From Eutreptiella sp. 'Long Island Sound 2002' (lineage: Eukaryota > Protista > Euglenida): a DNA stretch of 64,000 nucleotides. The DNA is taken from assembly GCA_964036045.1 (NCBI GenBank), contig OZ038378.1, positions 168,144,001-168,208,000 of the forward strand, written 5' to 3'. Positions within the stretch are counted from its first letter, which is position 1. Each line of letters begins with the position of its first letter. Shown here in pieces: positions 25,661 through 38,783 of this stretch. The notes under the pieces are model-generated. The model worked only from the letters and a program-made list of their open reading frames with translations, did not search any database and was not told the DNA's origin. The position numbers were made by a program, and so were the translations under genes.

Positions 25661-27127
25661 ATATGCCGGAGCCTTAGAGTTCAGGAAGCGTGCACGCAAA
25701 TACACCGGACCATGACACAGAAAGCATTTCCCAAAAACACTCCAGTCTTCGAAGCTGATTGTTGTTGTAATGGAAGAATGATGCAATAGATGGCTGCCCC
25801 ATTTTCCGTTGAGGGACAGCAGGCTCAGCACAAGGTCATATTGAAGTTGCTTAGTCACCTCATCCTTCTCAGCATACTTATAAGCGCTGGGGATAGTGAA
25901 CATTTTCATCAAACTGGTGTGCTGGGTGTAAATATAGCCAAAATGTACAAGTTTTTGAACTATGGTTGGCTCCAGAGCACACATTGGTTCCTCGTGTGCT
26001 TCTGCAAATAAGCAATCAAACTGCAATGCAACCACGCATGAAAAAAAAATTGCACCAAATTCGGTGAGGCACATCAAAGAGGGATTTTTGTGATGGGTTT
26101 GCTCTTGTTGGTGGGACATGCATTGTGAGTCCTCCAGCCCCCCCTTGTCCTTTTAGATTCTTGAGCCAAAAGTCACTTTCATACTAAACCGACCTCAAAA
26201 TGGGCCCACTATAGACTGTTGCATCATGATCTGGGGGGGGTCTCTTCAAAACAGGGGAGGGTTGCTATGATGCAAGTTGAGAATGGCACCAAGCCCGTAC
26301 GGCACCAAGCCGGTATTGCTAATCCTCCCTGGCACCATGACACTAAGCTTGGTGCCACGGAAATCATGCCATGTGGGCTGAATGTAAGCCTAGTGCCATG
26401 CTAACGCTGCATAATTCTACGGCAGGCTGGCACTATTGCACGGCCTCAGGCTTGTGCCATGTATTTGTAGGCCCAGCGCCATGCAAGCTTAGTGCCATGT
26501 TGGCTTGGTGCGTTGCCGCATTGTGTTTTGTAGATGTGGTTCAGTTTGGTTGACTGATTTGGTACACCTGATTTTGATGGAGAAACATCAAAAAACGACT
26601 GTGCTCCGTTGCAACTATTTTGCATTATTGGACACACACATACACACACAGACCATTCCTTGGTTCCACGAAAGAACCGGGTCTCAGTAAAGCTGAATGG
26701 CTGAAATATGCAAAGACGGTGCGCAAAGGTCGGGAGATGATAACAGATGCCTGGGACGTGTCAATGACACGCCATTGATGGGTCGTTGGCGTGTCAAGAC
26801 AGTTGAGTGCATAACCCCATGCAGATGGAACATGGAACAACAAGTTGTGATATTGCCACAGATTGCAGAGTGAACGGTTGCAACTAAGTATTGACCCTTT
26901 TTTGAAAGCAAAGATATTCACCCAGAGTGACTATTGGTTTTAAGCACTATAAACAACTCTTTGAACCAACATGAAGTCCCAGGGGCCTGCCATGCAGGCT
27001 TAGTGCAATTTGCACTCCGAAGGTTCAGCTGTAGACACTGCCCTCTACGGCTGAGTTGGCCCCGAGGCATTTGTGTACGTGGTTCCCCTTCGTCGAAGCG
27101 CAATGCTGTCAACTACCGCTGCTGTAG

Positions 27128-27280
27128 GTACGGCCCGCGGCACCTGCGTTTCTGAATGGTGTCAGCAAATCGGAGCGCAAGCGGCGCGTTCAGAATCGGT
27201 TGACACAGCAGATGAATGAACGCGTGGCTGCAGGCGAGGCCTCATACAACGATTTCACCTACGGACTTTGCCCCAAAGCA
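27128..27280 (+). CDS. Exon of an uncharacterised protein (VRPAAPAFLNGVSKSERKRRVQNRLTQQMNERVAAGEASYNDFTYGLCPKA)
   Basis: ctgtag acceptor, GTATCT donor, 153 nt, phase 0-0, protein-like composition. Not in the ORF track. Confidence 0.5.
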
Positions 27281-27558
27281 GTATCTTGAGTTTTGGTTTA
27301 CTGAATTGCAGTCTTTTTCTTTTACCAAAGGCCACCCTGGGCCCATTGAATGTGTTGGTCACAGGCGTCCTTGGCCTTTGGGTCTGCACAACCGACCCTC
27401 CATCCCTCCATTCCTCGTTTCGCAACCCTGTCTCAGTAGCAACCCCAAAGGGGCCCAAATGGCCCACGAATCAGTTCAATTTGTCCCAGCAACCAACAAA
27501 CCAACCGCCCCCCCCTTCCTGGCTGTCTGCATGACCCGCAGTCGTGATGCCCCTCCAG

Positions 27559-27600
27559 GTGCAGCAGGTCATGAATCAGTTCAGGCACTGGGCCCAATGA
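27559..27600 (+). CDS. Probable terminal exon of the same gene (VQQVMNQFRHWAQ*)
   Basis: cctccag acceptor, phase 0 compatible with the previous exon, ends in TGA. Confidence 0.4.
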   Translation: MQQVMNQFRHWAQ

Positions 27601-30600
27601 AATGCAGCAAAACATATGTTCACGACAAGAGGGTCTGCTGCTGAGCACTCTTTGCCGTCAAGTCACGTTGTCTGTGGCTCTGTGGCCCTGTGGTCAAGTC
27701 GAATCTCCACCGACGCTATCCACGGACAATTCCGACCAACCACTTGCACTGGGGGCTCTATGTGTGTGTTGGTGTCTTTTTGAGAGATGGAAACCATGAA
27801 ACATGGAGGGTTGCGGATTTTTTGCCCTCATATTCGGATTAAGAGCCACACAGCCCAAGATATAGCCCAATTTCCGGTTGGCCGCGGGTTCTGGTAGTAT
27901 TTTGGGGGTCGCATCCCGTGGGCACAGGCACCACGCTCTGACTACTTCCCACCCTGGACGTAGCCATGGGTGCTCGGGCACTCTCGGCGCACCCCCGCCC
28001 CCGGTGCGCTGAATCTGGCAAAAGGCCCTTGTGGGCTCGGGGGGCACATTTAGGTGAAGAGTGCCCCCCCTCAGTGCCGTCCGACCAGTTCATATCACAC
28101 CCCCACCCCACACTGTCCACCACGGGCCTCCCCAGCAACGGTGGGCAATTTGGGGCAGCCAGGGCCCCCGTGACTGCCGAAGAAATTTCGGGCAATGTAA
28201 AGCATCCAGACCCCCCCCCCGTCTTTGGAACGGCGGTACAGCTAACAGAAGGAGGGTCGAGGGCTGAACTTGGGATCACAACTCGCACTGTGGACATGCC
28301 GTACAATGGCAGATGGACAGAAGGCGATGACAGCCGTGGGGCAGGCGCAGCCTGAGCCTAATGCGGACACTGCAACCCAACCTTTTGAGGTCCTCCTTGG
28401 ATGCCAATGTGGCTAGGGCCACTCTCTGGACATCATGGGGCCCGAGGATAGAGGATAGGAGGGAGAGGGAGGAGGTGAGGGAGGGGGGGATTCGCGACTG
28501 TACACTCACCCTGTTTGGTGGCCTCGCTTGCTCTGCAGCACCCCAGGCCACTTCCCCAGGCTACTCCCGTAAGGGCGACTCACTAGGGGCCACTCCCTAT
28601 GGTACTGCAGGACAACCGGGTTCCGTGTAGCCCCCCCTCCTCACCCCCCTCCAGACCCCCCGACCGACGTCAACGGGGAACGGCAGGTGTGCCAATGGGG
28701 GACCACCCACCACACATTGAACAGCCAGCGCGGTTGTGGCAAAGGCCCGTGGGGCAATTGAGCGGAGGAAGGTGTGGCGGATGGTGAGTAGTAAACGGGA
28801 TTGTGTACCCCGACTTTTGTGTGCCCGAAATGCTCAGAATGAAACAGGGAATTCAAATGTGCCCCCAAAACCCGAACCTCCGCCGCACTTCCCCCTCCGG
28901 ACCCCCATGCTCATGCTGCGGGGTTCGGAACTGAATCCCCACCCCCACCCGTGCGGATGGCGACTCTCTGCAGCGTGCACATTGCACTTGCATGCCTTAT
29001 CAATATCACAGCCTTCCTTACAGCACGGTGTAGTCCATGGGTTCTCAATGCCTCGGATCCGCGCCACTGCCTCAGACAGAGCTTGCACTACGGTGCTGGC
29101 CTGGACTGCCTGTTGTTCTTGTTGTTTTCGCGTTACCCCAATGGGAGGGGTTTGGATCATTTGGGGGAATGTGTGTCACCGGGCGGCATGGTCAGTATTG
29201 TGACATGGTCAGTACTGTGAGCACAAGTTGAGTTGTAAATATGGATATCCTGCCATGGCTGTTTGTCAAGACGGTGTGCGTTCTGACGCACCAACACCTC
29301 CGTCCTGAATCGCTGGCATTAGATATGGTGCAAGGCAATCCTGCAGGCTGAGACAATCTTGTTCACACCGTGTCCCTTCGCACGCGGTGGTCGGATCCGT
29401 CATCGCTGAATCAGCCTGTTGCATGCCCGAAGATGTGGTGATGTGCGCCGCGCTCATGCATGTTGTCGTTGATTGGGAAGGCTATTTTGTGTAAGTCGAG
29501 GCACATGGTCCACAGGTCGAATCTGTATTTCCTGGTGACCATTTGAATCCAGTTTTTGTTGCTTCTGATTAATCGCCCTCTGAGTCTATGTACCTTGGTT
29601 TCCCCACACGCTTTAGCCTGTTCAAGCTCTAGCTGCAATGGTCACACTTGCACGGGGAAATGGCAGAGGCTACATTGACCGCGCTGGACAAACGCAGTCC
29701 GGTTTCACGACCCGATTCCATTCCGCGTGTGCCTAGACCTGCTTGTGATAGTGTTGAGTCGCCCAACCTGTGCGCCGGCGACAGATGACTCTGCCCAGCA
29801 GCCAGCCGCGGGGCAGCAGTTGCTGCAGGTTTTGGGTGTTGATATCGTGGCAGGCATAATCATAAAAGTAGGCGCGGGTGCATCAGCAAGGCCTGAAGAC
29901 CGACTTCTGGCAGCTGCTGGAATCATGGAGGAGCAGCCAGATGCCAGATGAAACCGCGCTGTGGATGCGGGCATAACCCCAACGCAGGGGAATTAACACA
30001 TGGGAATTGCTCGGTTTTGGAGTACAGGACCCCTGGCTTTCTTTGCTTTGTATGTGCAGAGTGTGCTGTGATTGCCGGTTGTTGCAGTCAAACAAACAGC
30101 CATTTTTCAGGGGACACAGCAATCACTGTCGATGCAGTGGAAACACCTGTGGGTATGCTTTGTCGTACCAAATTAGATTAAATTACAGTAACCAACTTAA
30201 CTCAGAAACCAAATTAGCACGTTACAAACACAACGACTGCTCAGAACGGGAATGCGCCTGCCCTGCAGTGGTGCATAGCCAACCATTTTCTCGAGGCCTC
30301 ATCATCCGAGGGTGGATAAAGCCTACCTGGGCCCACTGTATCAAAGAAGAGTCATCCTATCCAAATAAACTACGGCCGGAAACTTCTGCTAATCATCCAT
30401 GACATTACACCCTCGGCATCCACAATTGCACGGAGCCCCTCATAATCTACAACTGGACGCAGCCCCTCACAGTGCACAGCTAGATGCGGCCCCTTATCAT
30501 CTAAAACTTTTTGACTAATTTTTTCGCCTGATTTTCGCTCATTGATGGAGCCCTGGGCACAGTCTGAGAGCTAACGCAAGGGCTGAGAATGTTTCAGGAG

Positions 30601-33600
30601 CTTGAACTGGTTCATTGCACGCGGTAAGCCCTCCCAGGCAAATTGAGACAATCAGCACAGCAGCAGTGATGCAGGTGGCATGTATGATTGGAGCTGGCAG
30701 CGCGTGCATGTGTATGATGCAGATGACGTGTGAGGTAAATGCATACACTACATTACAGCTCTGACTGCCCATCATGCTCTCCGGGTATTGTATTTCTCTG
30801 GGTATTGTATTTCTCTGTGGATAGGAGTACACTTGGTACAGCAGTGTACATACTGGTTGTTGTGTTGTAGATTGTTGTTGTGTTTTCGTCCTGGCTTCAA
30901 AATGATGTTTGATCCAATTGGAGCCAATAATGATGGTAGTAGTGGATTGTATGGAATTATCCCGGAATTTCGAAAACAGCGGAAAGGGCAGTGAATCTTC
31001 TCCTGTGGGGGCAGCGAAGACCCCCGCACCCGTGTTTGGACCCCAACCCCAATAATTCCCGCGGATTGTTGGTGATTCTAAAGGGGCGCCTTAAACGCAC
31101 TGCGACTATGTGTGCGTGTGGCCATACTAGAAACCCATACTTTGTGATACTATGGGCATCATTGTTGTTTGACAGCGGGTTTTGATGCTTCTTCCACATT
31201 GGGGATATGGCATTTTCACCCGGTTTCACCCAGTTTCACCCCTTTTCACACATTTTGTGCTCATTTCCACCACATCCAATCCTGTCTAGGTTGATTTCTC
31301 CCCACCATGGGGACGCTGAGAAGGCAGGGGTTATGTAGCCATATTGACACATATTCTGTCGGTCCCTTCACTGATCATCAAACAGGGATTGTGAAGAGAA
31401 AATGAAGAGTATGTGGCATGTTAGACATCTTATGTGTGATGTTGATGTGAGATGCATGCCATGATTGTGTGATATTGTGTCGGTACGCAATGTCCTAGTA
31501 CAAGGAATACCAGCACACACAAGTTTCAGTGGAGTAAAACCCATCAAATTACGTGTGCTATGTGTGCTGATTGCCAAGACCCCTCTCCAGTGCAGCTATG
31601 TTATAAAAAGCTGTGAGATGACTGTGTAGGCAACCATGTTGTTGAATGCTTTGACATGGAATAGTACAACCTAAACCACAATGTGAACAGAGTGTCAAAT
31701 TTTCCTTTGAGCATCCTATCACAGTTGCATTTCTTGCTGCTCTTTGATTCAAGTAGCAAGCCGGGTAGGGGGATTCTTTTGATATTTGGGGGAATCCTTG
31801 CACTGCGCACTGCTGTTAGACCAGATCCCCCCCGAAGAACCCCCAGGCACGCCTCTTCCAAACGACCTTAAAATTAGGCAACCCCTACTACCCTAGCCTT
31901 GGGGGTGCAAAGTAGCCGAGGGGTGTAAAAATTGCAATCTGACATGGAAAATCTTTTTTTTTCATTTTCTTCACTGAAAAATGTTGCATCCAGGTCATCA
32001 GCTTTGTCAGCATTGTCAGCACACACGTGCCGAGGATGTGTAAGCCAGAATTCCATCACAGAAACCTGATTGCCACACGATAGCAAATCCTCTGGCAAAG
32101 GCAGTTGTTGTAGATTGTCGTTGTCAAAATTTTCTGCCTCGGCAGCAAAGCATGAATACAGCATTTATTCGGCTTGGCTCGTTTGGCTGCTGTCCCCTCC
32201 GGGTACTTGCCCTCAGAGCAGTGGTCACGCCTTCAGGACTCCCAAGCGGGGGGTGTTTCTCAGCTTAGTGCCCTACCCTTGTTGTAGAGTGCTGGGTCTA
32301 CTTCAGGAGCTTCTGTAGCCAGTTCCCTCAGAGGCACACAACTGACATCAGTTGCTGTTTGTTTTTGCACTCAAGAAGGGGCAGGGAAGGGAGGGGAGGC
32401 TAGTAGGAACCTCTGCCTCCCACTGCCATGCAAGGCCACAGGAATCAAGGAAGAGTGGTGTTTTTGTTTTGCTCAACTGTCGAGTGTGCGACTGTTGTGA
32501 CAGAACATCTGCAGATCGATGAGAGTGCTCAGCAACAACCCGGGAATCCGGTATACCCCAGGAGTGATGTCTAGCACCGTGTATGTGGTGTACATTGGTT
32601 GCAACTGCCGTTCTGTTAAATAGGGAACAGCCTTTTGGAGGCCTCCGTCCACAAGGACTATCTGTTGATCTGTTCATGTGTACCTTCTGCACACACACAC
32701 ACGAGTTCGTTCCATTGGCTTTGTGCCAACTACTGATGGGCTTTGGTTGTTTGCCTTTCTATGCCCTGCAAAGGTGAGGATACCACAGTTCCCCCCTCGC
32801 CCCACAGTATGGGGCGGCATGGCACAGTGAGTATCAGTGGCCAAGTGTATGGGCCCTGTGAAGCCTGCACAGGGTTCATCGGCCTCTTTGAGGGGGCGAG
32901 GGTGGGGGTAGAACAGAACATCAACAGCACCAAGGCCAACTACAGCGTAGCTTTAGACTTCACAACCTCTCCTCATAACCACAGCGCAACCACAGACCCC
33001 AGTCACAGGAGGCATCACCTGCCTGATTATGCAACCCCAACGTTAACTACTCAGGTGCAGCACAACCTCACCCAACAGAGGGCGCCTTGTGCGCTATGTG
33101 CAATCTTGTGTGTCTCCGGTGCTTCCGGGTACAGGTGCCAATGTTCACATTTGGTATTGGTCTGGCCCGCAATGGATGAACGAGCAGTGGTTGGGGTTCC
33201 AGGTTCAAATTGCAGTCGTCTGTTGTATCTTTTGGCCCCTGCATGTGGTGGTTTAGGGGGTTGGTGGTTTTGGGGTTGGTTGCGGCAATGTCTACCAGGT
33301 GACTGGCTCTGTGCACGCGCTGTGCCTGTGTTGTGCACCAAACTCTCTTACAACGGGGGATTTTCTGGTGGCGGCTGTACATAAATGGGGGTGATTGTTC
33401 CTGCCTTGGCAGGAGCGCACCACATGCCCTTTGTCCAGACACGCATACCCGTGCACCTTCGAGTACAGCGGGTGCTGTCATGCCTATCAGCATTTTGGTC
33501 TTGTGTTGTTCAAATATTGGCTGACTACAGCCTGGCGTCCTGGCGTCCAATGGACACTAAACTCTCAGGACACACTTGTGGGTTAATGTCATTGTATGGT

Positions 33601-35959
33601 ATTGCATCCGGCGCAAGTGGGCATCAGACAAATACACTCCAGTGTCCAGGGGGGCCATAATGGTCAACAAGAGGTAGTAAAGATCTTGACAGGGTGTGCA
33701 GGAGGCTCGTCGACTGGAAAGGTCACATTTGCATCAACCAAGAAACATATCTGTGGAGACATGATGCACCTGAGCTTCAGACCGTAGAATGGATGAGGAG
33801 GACCATGCCAGACAGCAACAATAATGGTTGGGACTTGAAAGTCGAACTCACGGTCCTCGAGTAGGAGGTGGGGGCTCATCCCTATGTTTGCACTTGTGAC
33901 TTCGGGGGGGGGGGGTCACAACAGTGCATTTCCGTTTGCATGACAGTGGAGGTTATCATGTCATGCCTGGCACGTTTCACTGGGGGAGCACAAGTTTGTA
34001 TAGTGTTTGTGCCCCAACCGAAGGAAGAGTGTTATCTGCGAGGTATGTGGGAGCAGACATAACCCCGCTCAAAATTCGAGGATTGGAAATTTTTTTGACA
34101 TGAACGAGTACTTAGGGTGTTAAAGAGGGCCTCCCCTGGGCCCTGTTGTGGCCAACAGAGCCAGACCCGACCGGCCACCCCATCTGGCGGCCCAGGGTTT
34201 CGTATCTCACATGCATTGTACACTCATGGACATTGAAGCTGGGTGGAGCCTGGTCCAATGTCTTGCAGAACGTGTAACCAAAACCTGGCACACCAAGGTT
34301 CATTGAATTTTTCATTTCGGTTTCTTTGTGCCAAACATCATACAAACCAGCCCAGTGGTTTCTTCATCCAGCAACAAGGTGCTCGTCAATTAGGAAGTGA
34401 GACCACTGTGAATGAAATTCAATAGAAGAATGCCTAGTTCCTAAACTTTCACCAATTTGGTGATGTGTCAGGTTGCTTGCAAAACCAGTCTCAGTCTGTG
34501 TATGTGTGCAATTGCACAGCAGCTGGCAAGCGCCTTCAGCGATTCATCCCAATTTTCTTTGTTGGCCACATCCTCTCGCTCCATAACACATGTGCTATCC
34601 GAGCCCAACCAATACTGTCTCTCATCCCAAGAAATCTTCCATCCTGTGGCCTTGAGGATGAGAACAACGCTCATGATTTGTTGCCCACCACATCTAACAA
34701 TACACATTTGCTGGTCTTGGTGGTTTTTGGTGGTTTCTGGTGCCATTGTTTCAAAATGACCGACGCAATATGAATACTGGCGTGTCGCACAATGATGATG
34801 AGGATCTGGTGTTGTGTTTCCTTCTGACGACAACTTGTCAGAACATGACCTGCTGCCCTCCGAGCAGGCTTTGCATTGCTAAAGGTGACCATTCTAATGT
34901 GTGCAGTGCTGATGGAAACAGTGTTTATGGCCAACCAAACAACCAGCAGGACACAGATGAAGATTGAAGATGTTGCCAACGAATCTGTGGCAAAAATGCG
35001 CCACCTTTGACCAAAATGATGGACACAAGTGTGTCGGATTGCAAAGCACCAGCGCACGCAAGAAGAGCCAAATGATTTACCAATGATTTGGCCAGCCTAC
35101 CAACCTTGATTATTAACCCCCTGAGCCAATGATTGGGCCAGGGGGGGGGGGGGTTGCACAAAATTCTGCAAAATGATTGCACACAAATGCATGCATGCTC
35201 TCAAAGAATCTATGTGTACTCTTAGAGTGCTTATCCAAGGGCTTGACAAGTGTGACAAAAGTGCTCACAACAGCAATTGTGGTATAGCATTTATGAATTG
35301 GATTGAATTTTCCAACACTTTTCTCCTGCACATAAGGGGTACCTCTTGTGCACCGTATATCTTGGAGTTAGTTGAGGTTTTTGTCAGCGAATGCATCATA
35401 ATTAGTGTAGCCAGGTCATCCAAACACGACCTTGTATCGCTCATGGCCGATGATCTACTCACGTGTTTTAGAGGGTTTCTGCCGTTTTGTTGGCCTCCGC
35501 AGTGCCTTTTTTGTGGGGGTGGCCATGAAGCAATGGCTGCAGAATCCTTTCAAAGGAGGAACAGACAAACCGCACGACCCTCGGATGAAGTGGGCGGCAC
35601 ACAAATATGACAATGGTGTGAGCATGTGCGTGCGTGCACGTGTGTGTCTGTGTTTGCCTGTATGTCTGCTCACGGCCCACCCTGAGCATGCAAGGGATCC
35701 TGTCACCTTGTGAAATGCTGTCAGTTTGCGGACAAGAAACCTTGCTGCCGATCGATGACACAGGGCTGTGTGTGAGCCTTTGATGCTCCTGCAGCTGTTG
35801 AGGGATGTGCAGGTCACAGCAGCAACAGAAGGCACCGCAGACCCCGAGCTGAACGGTGCAAAGCGGAGGTTTCTTCAAGGAACACGTTTTCTTTTGATGA
35901 ATGGGATATGGGATATCCGGGACCACAGCCAGCAGTTGACCGTAACTGCTCAGCGCTCA

Positions 35960-36295
35960 GCAATCATAACCTCAGCAACCCGAATCCCAGCAACCCTGGC
36001 CCCTGCAACTCTAACCTACGCACTCTAAACCCAACAAGCCTGACCTCAACAACTCTCACCCCAGCAACCCTAACCCCACATCCCTAACCCCACCGCCCAT
36101 CCCTAGCAACCTTAAAACCCCTGACCGCGGCAACCGTAACCCCAAAATCCTAATCCCAATAATGCTACCCACAACAACCCTGGCCCAGTAACCCCAAACC
36201 CCGCAATCATTACTCCAGCAACTCTATCCCCAGCAACCATAACCCCAGCAACCCTAACCACAACATCCCCAACGCACGCAACCCTGACTCCATCA
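35960..36295. repeat. Degenerate 15-bp minisatellite (CCCCAGCAACCCTAA) containing the telomeric hexamer
   Basis: About 20 diverged units; no long open frame across the tract. Confidence 0.85.
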
Positions 36296-36829
36296 ATTAG
36301 CAGCCCACTGTTGCGAGCGAAAGCTCACCCTGGCGGGCATGTGAGAATGCGCCCGATGGGGATGTCCCACAAGAAGTGGAACACCCACTTGCGATCCCTG
36401 GACTATGATAAGGAAGTCTTCCCCACGTTGATCCTCCGGGCATTAACTTTGTACATATGTGAATACAGCCATAGGGATACGCAAGTAGACCAACCGACCA
36501 ACTGATCGACTGACCAACCAACTGCAATTAAGAATTTCCCGTACTTAATTACTTGGTTACTTAATTACTTGGTGGCCCTAAATTGACGAAAAAAAGAAGC
36601 TACCTCACTACGTAAAGAAGGTGCAAAGCAACCTCACTACGTGTCAGATCCGCTACCACAGCCACTGTTGGATCATCATAGCACTGGACAGCTCTGAACC
36701 TTGATACCAAGAGGTTCTGTAGAGTGAGCAGGCTACGCCAGCTCATCTTGGTCTGAGAAAAAAAATAGAAGAAGAAGAAGGTGCAAAGCCACCTCTGCAA
36801 AAATGCCAAATACCAATAACTGCCATCTG

Positions 36830-37660
36830 ACGGCCAGCTGTGCATGACCTTCAAGAACGTGCTGGTGCAGCTGTTGCAAGTGGTGGAGGACATCAAAGTG
36901 TGGCTAGATAGGGTGGCCGAGGGGCTCACCTCCTCAATCCTCAAAGGGGAAGGGGGCGGGCATTTTTTGGGACCGCTGACAGTCTCGCCTGATATTTTTT
37001 TTAAGACAAAAGGCAATCACATCATAGCGGCCTACCCATGGGCATATGAGCGTTCATGGCGAGCCGAAGTCCGAGAGGTCAGCCCTATGTACACATGTCA
37101 ACCATCTACGGAAGGTTAGGCTATGTACAACGGGATCTCCCAATTTACTGCTTGCCTGCCCCCGGAACCTATGTAACCGGCACCGGTATTTATGTACATG
37201 GTGGCCAAGTAACCACAAACACCCAAAAGGGGATCGCTGAAAAGCAATCAGATTTGTTAGTCAACCACGGGACCCTGCCTGGCGCGCACAGACACATTTC
37301 CGCCCACGTTGACAACTGGCAAGAGCCAACTTGGTAGAGACCAACCGTTAACTAGGGGAATACGGTGGGAGGTGAGGAGGACCACGCCTACCGTCTACCC
37401 ATGGTATGGGCTCGGTCTAAGCCACTCCGTGTCTACCCTGGGTATCACGGGGATCACGCTTGGGACCTCGCCTTGCACACCGGTGGGGACCGCACTCGCG
37501 GCAAGGAGGGGCATGAGAGGGCCCATGTCACATTTTGTCAACAAAATGGCCTTAAACTACGTGATTGCGGGCGTGAGTCTGAGAGTGTGAGCCTGCACAT
37601 CTCAGATGCTTTCCATGCACTGGTGGGAGTCCTTGCAAGTGGCAAAGCTCGCACCTAGCG
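36830..37660 (+). mobile_element. Truncated, internally deleted LINE remnant (RT start plus C-terminus)
   Basis: QLCMTFKNVLVQLLQVVE..VWLDRVAEGLTSSILKGEGGG...PLTVSP resembles the LINE RT N-terminal 'LIPK...RPLTV' region. GEEDHAYRLPMVW resembles a decayed zinc knuckle. The frame ends ...KART*, like 47654. Confidence 0.6.
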
Positions 37661-38783
37661 GCCGAGCCGCTGAAGGGGCCCAATCATATAGCCAAGGAAG
37701 CCAATGCTCACCCGATGGGAGGCCCCACAAACACGCCATAGTACTCATACCAGATGGCAAAGGGGAGTAGGTGCCGCATATACCCTCCAGGAAGGCCTAT
37801 CAAAATGCCCGAGATGCAGAACGGGAGGCGTTGGCCAACCATACCATGGGCACACCTTGGGTTCAGCTAGCAAGGCACTGCCTCTGCATGTTGTGCACCA
37901 TGGAGTGACACGGTGCAACCATCTGAGAGCCAGGGACTCCAAGCTGCCAACCATGCAATCCAAGTGCATGCACCGCCAGAAGTACTCAGGAGCGTTGCAT
38001 GCAATGTATGCATGCACATATGTATGAATGCATATGTTTGATCCATGTGTGTACAGCGGGGAGTCATGCAACAGAGACCCCTCGAAGACGTGCACAGAGG
38101 CCCTAAAGTGGAATAGAGGCTAAACAAGCAAAGCCGATGCAATTTTTCCCGTGCACAGAAAGTACCCACCCATGCTTTCTGGAACCGCTGGGGAGTAGGA
38201 CACGCTTCGCAAAAGGGCTCGAAACAGGATCCTTTCCAGGATATTCATGAGTTTGATTGGTGTTTTTTTTACATGAATCACCACTTCTTCTGTGACGTAA
38301 TGGACCTGAAACCGGGGGTCATATGTAGTGCAAATAAAACCCTTATTTTCAAGGGACAGCCCTGATTGGACATTGAGTCTTCTGATTACCAATTCTTTTC
38401 TGAACAACAGATGCAAGTCGGCCGGGAACCGACAGGTCAGGTCAGCCCTCTGTAGGGGTCCAGATGGGGCTGGGCTTGAGGGCCAGGGAGGCTGAAGGGG
38501 GTCTCAAGAGCTGTTGCAAAGCGTTTGACATCGATTGCAAAAGCAGTTTGGGGGCAGTTTGGCGGTTACAAAATGGATAGAGGGCCATTGGGGCGGCAGA
38601 CACCAGCAGTTGCAGCAAAAAGCAAATTATCACATGCAAGGCAATGGGATCCTCCTTGATCCACAGACGTGGGTCCAGGCGTACTGAAGGTAGGCAAATT
38701 TTCTTTCTTGCTTTTCATAAAAGGACAACTCTTCGTCAATACACCCGATCCGTCCCCCTCTTGCTACTCCGTGCACTCTGCAG

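Noticed and set aside
35525-35941. Possible first exons of the Pro-rich gene (35525-35615 and 35795-35941)
   Set aside because: Phase-compatible, but several frames look equally plausible; not enough support.
35960-36295. Pentapeptide-repeat protein (ATLTP/SNPNP)
   Set aside because: Frameshifts and stops within the tract and Pro-rich units argue for a non-coding satellite.
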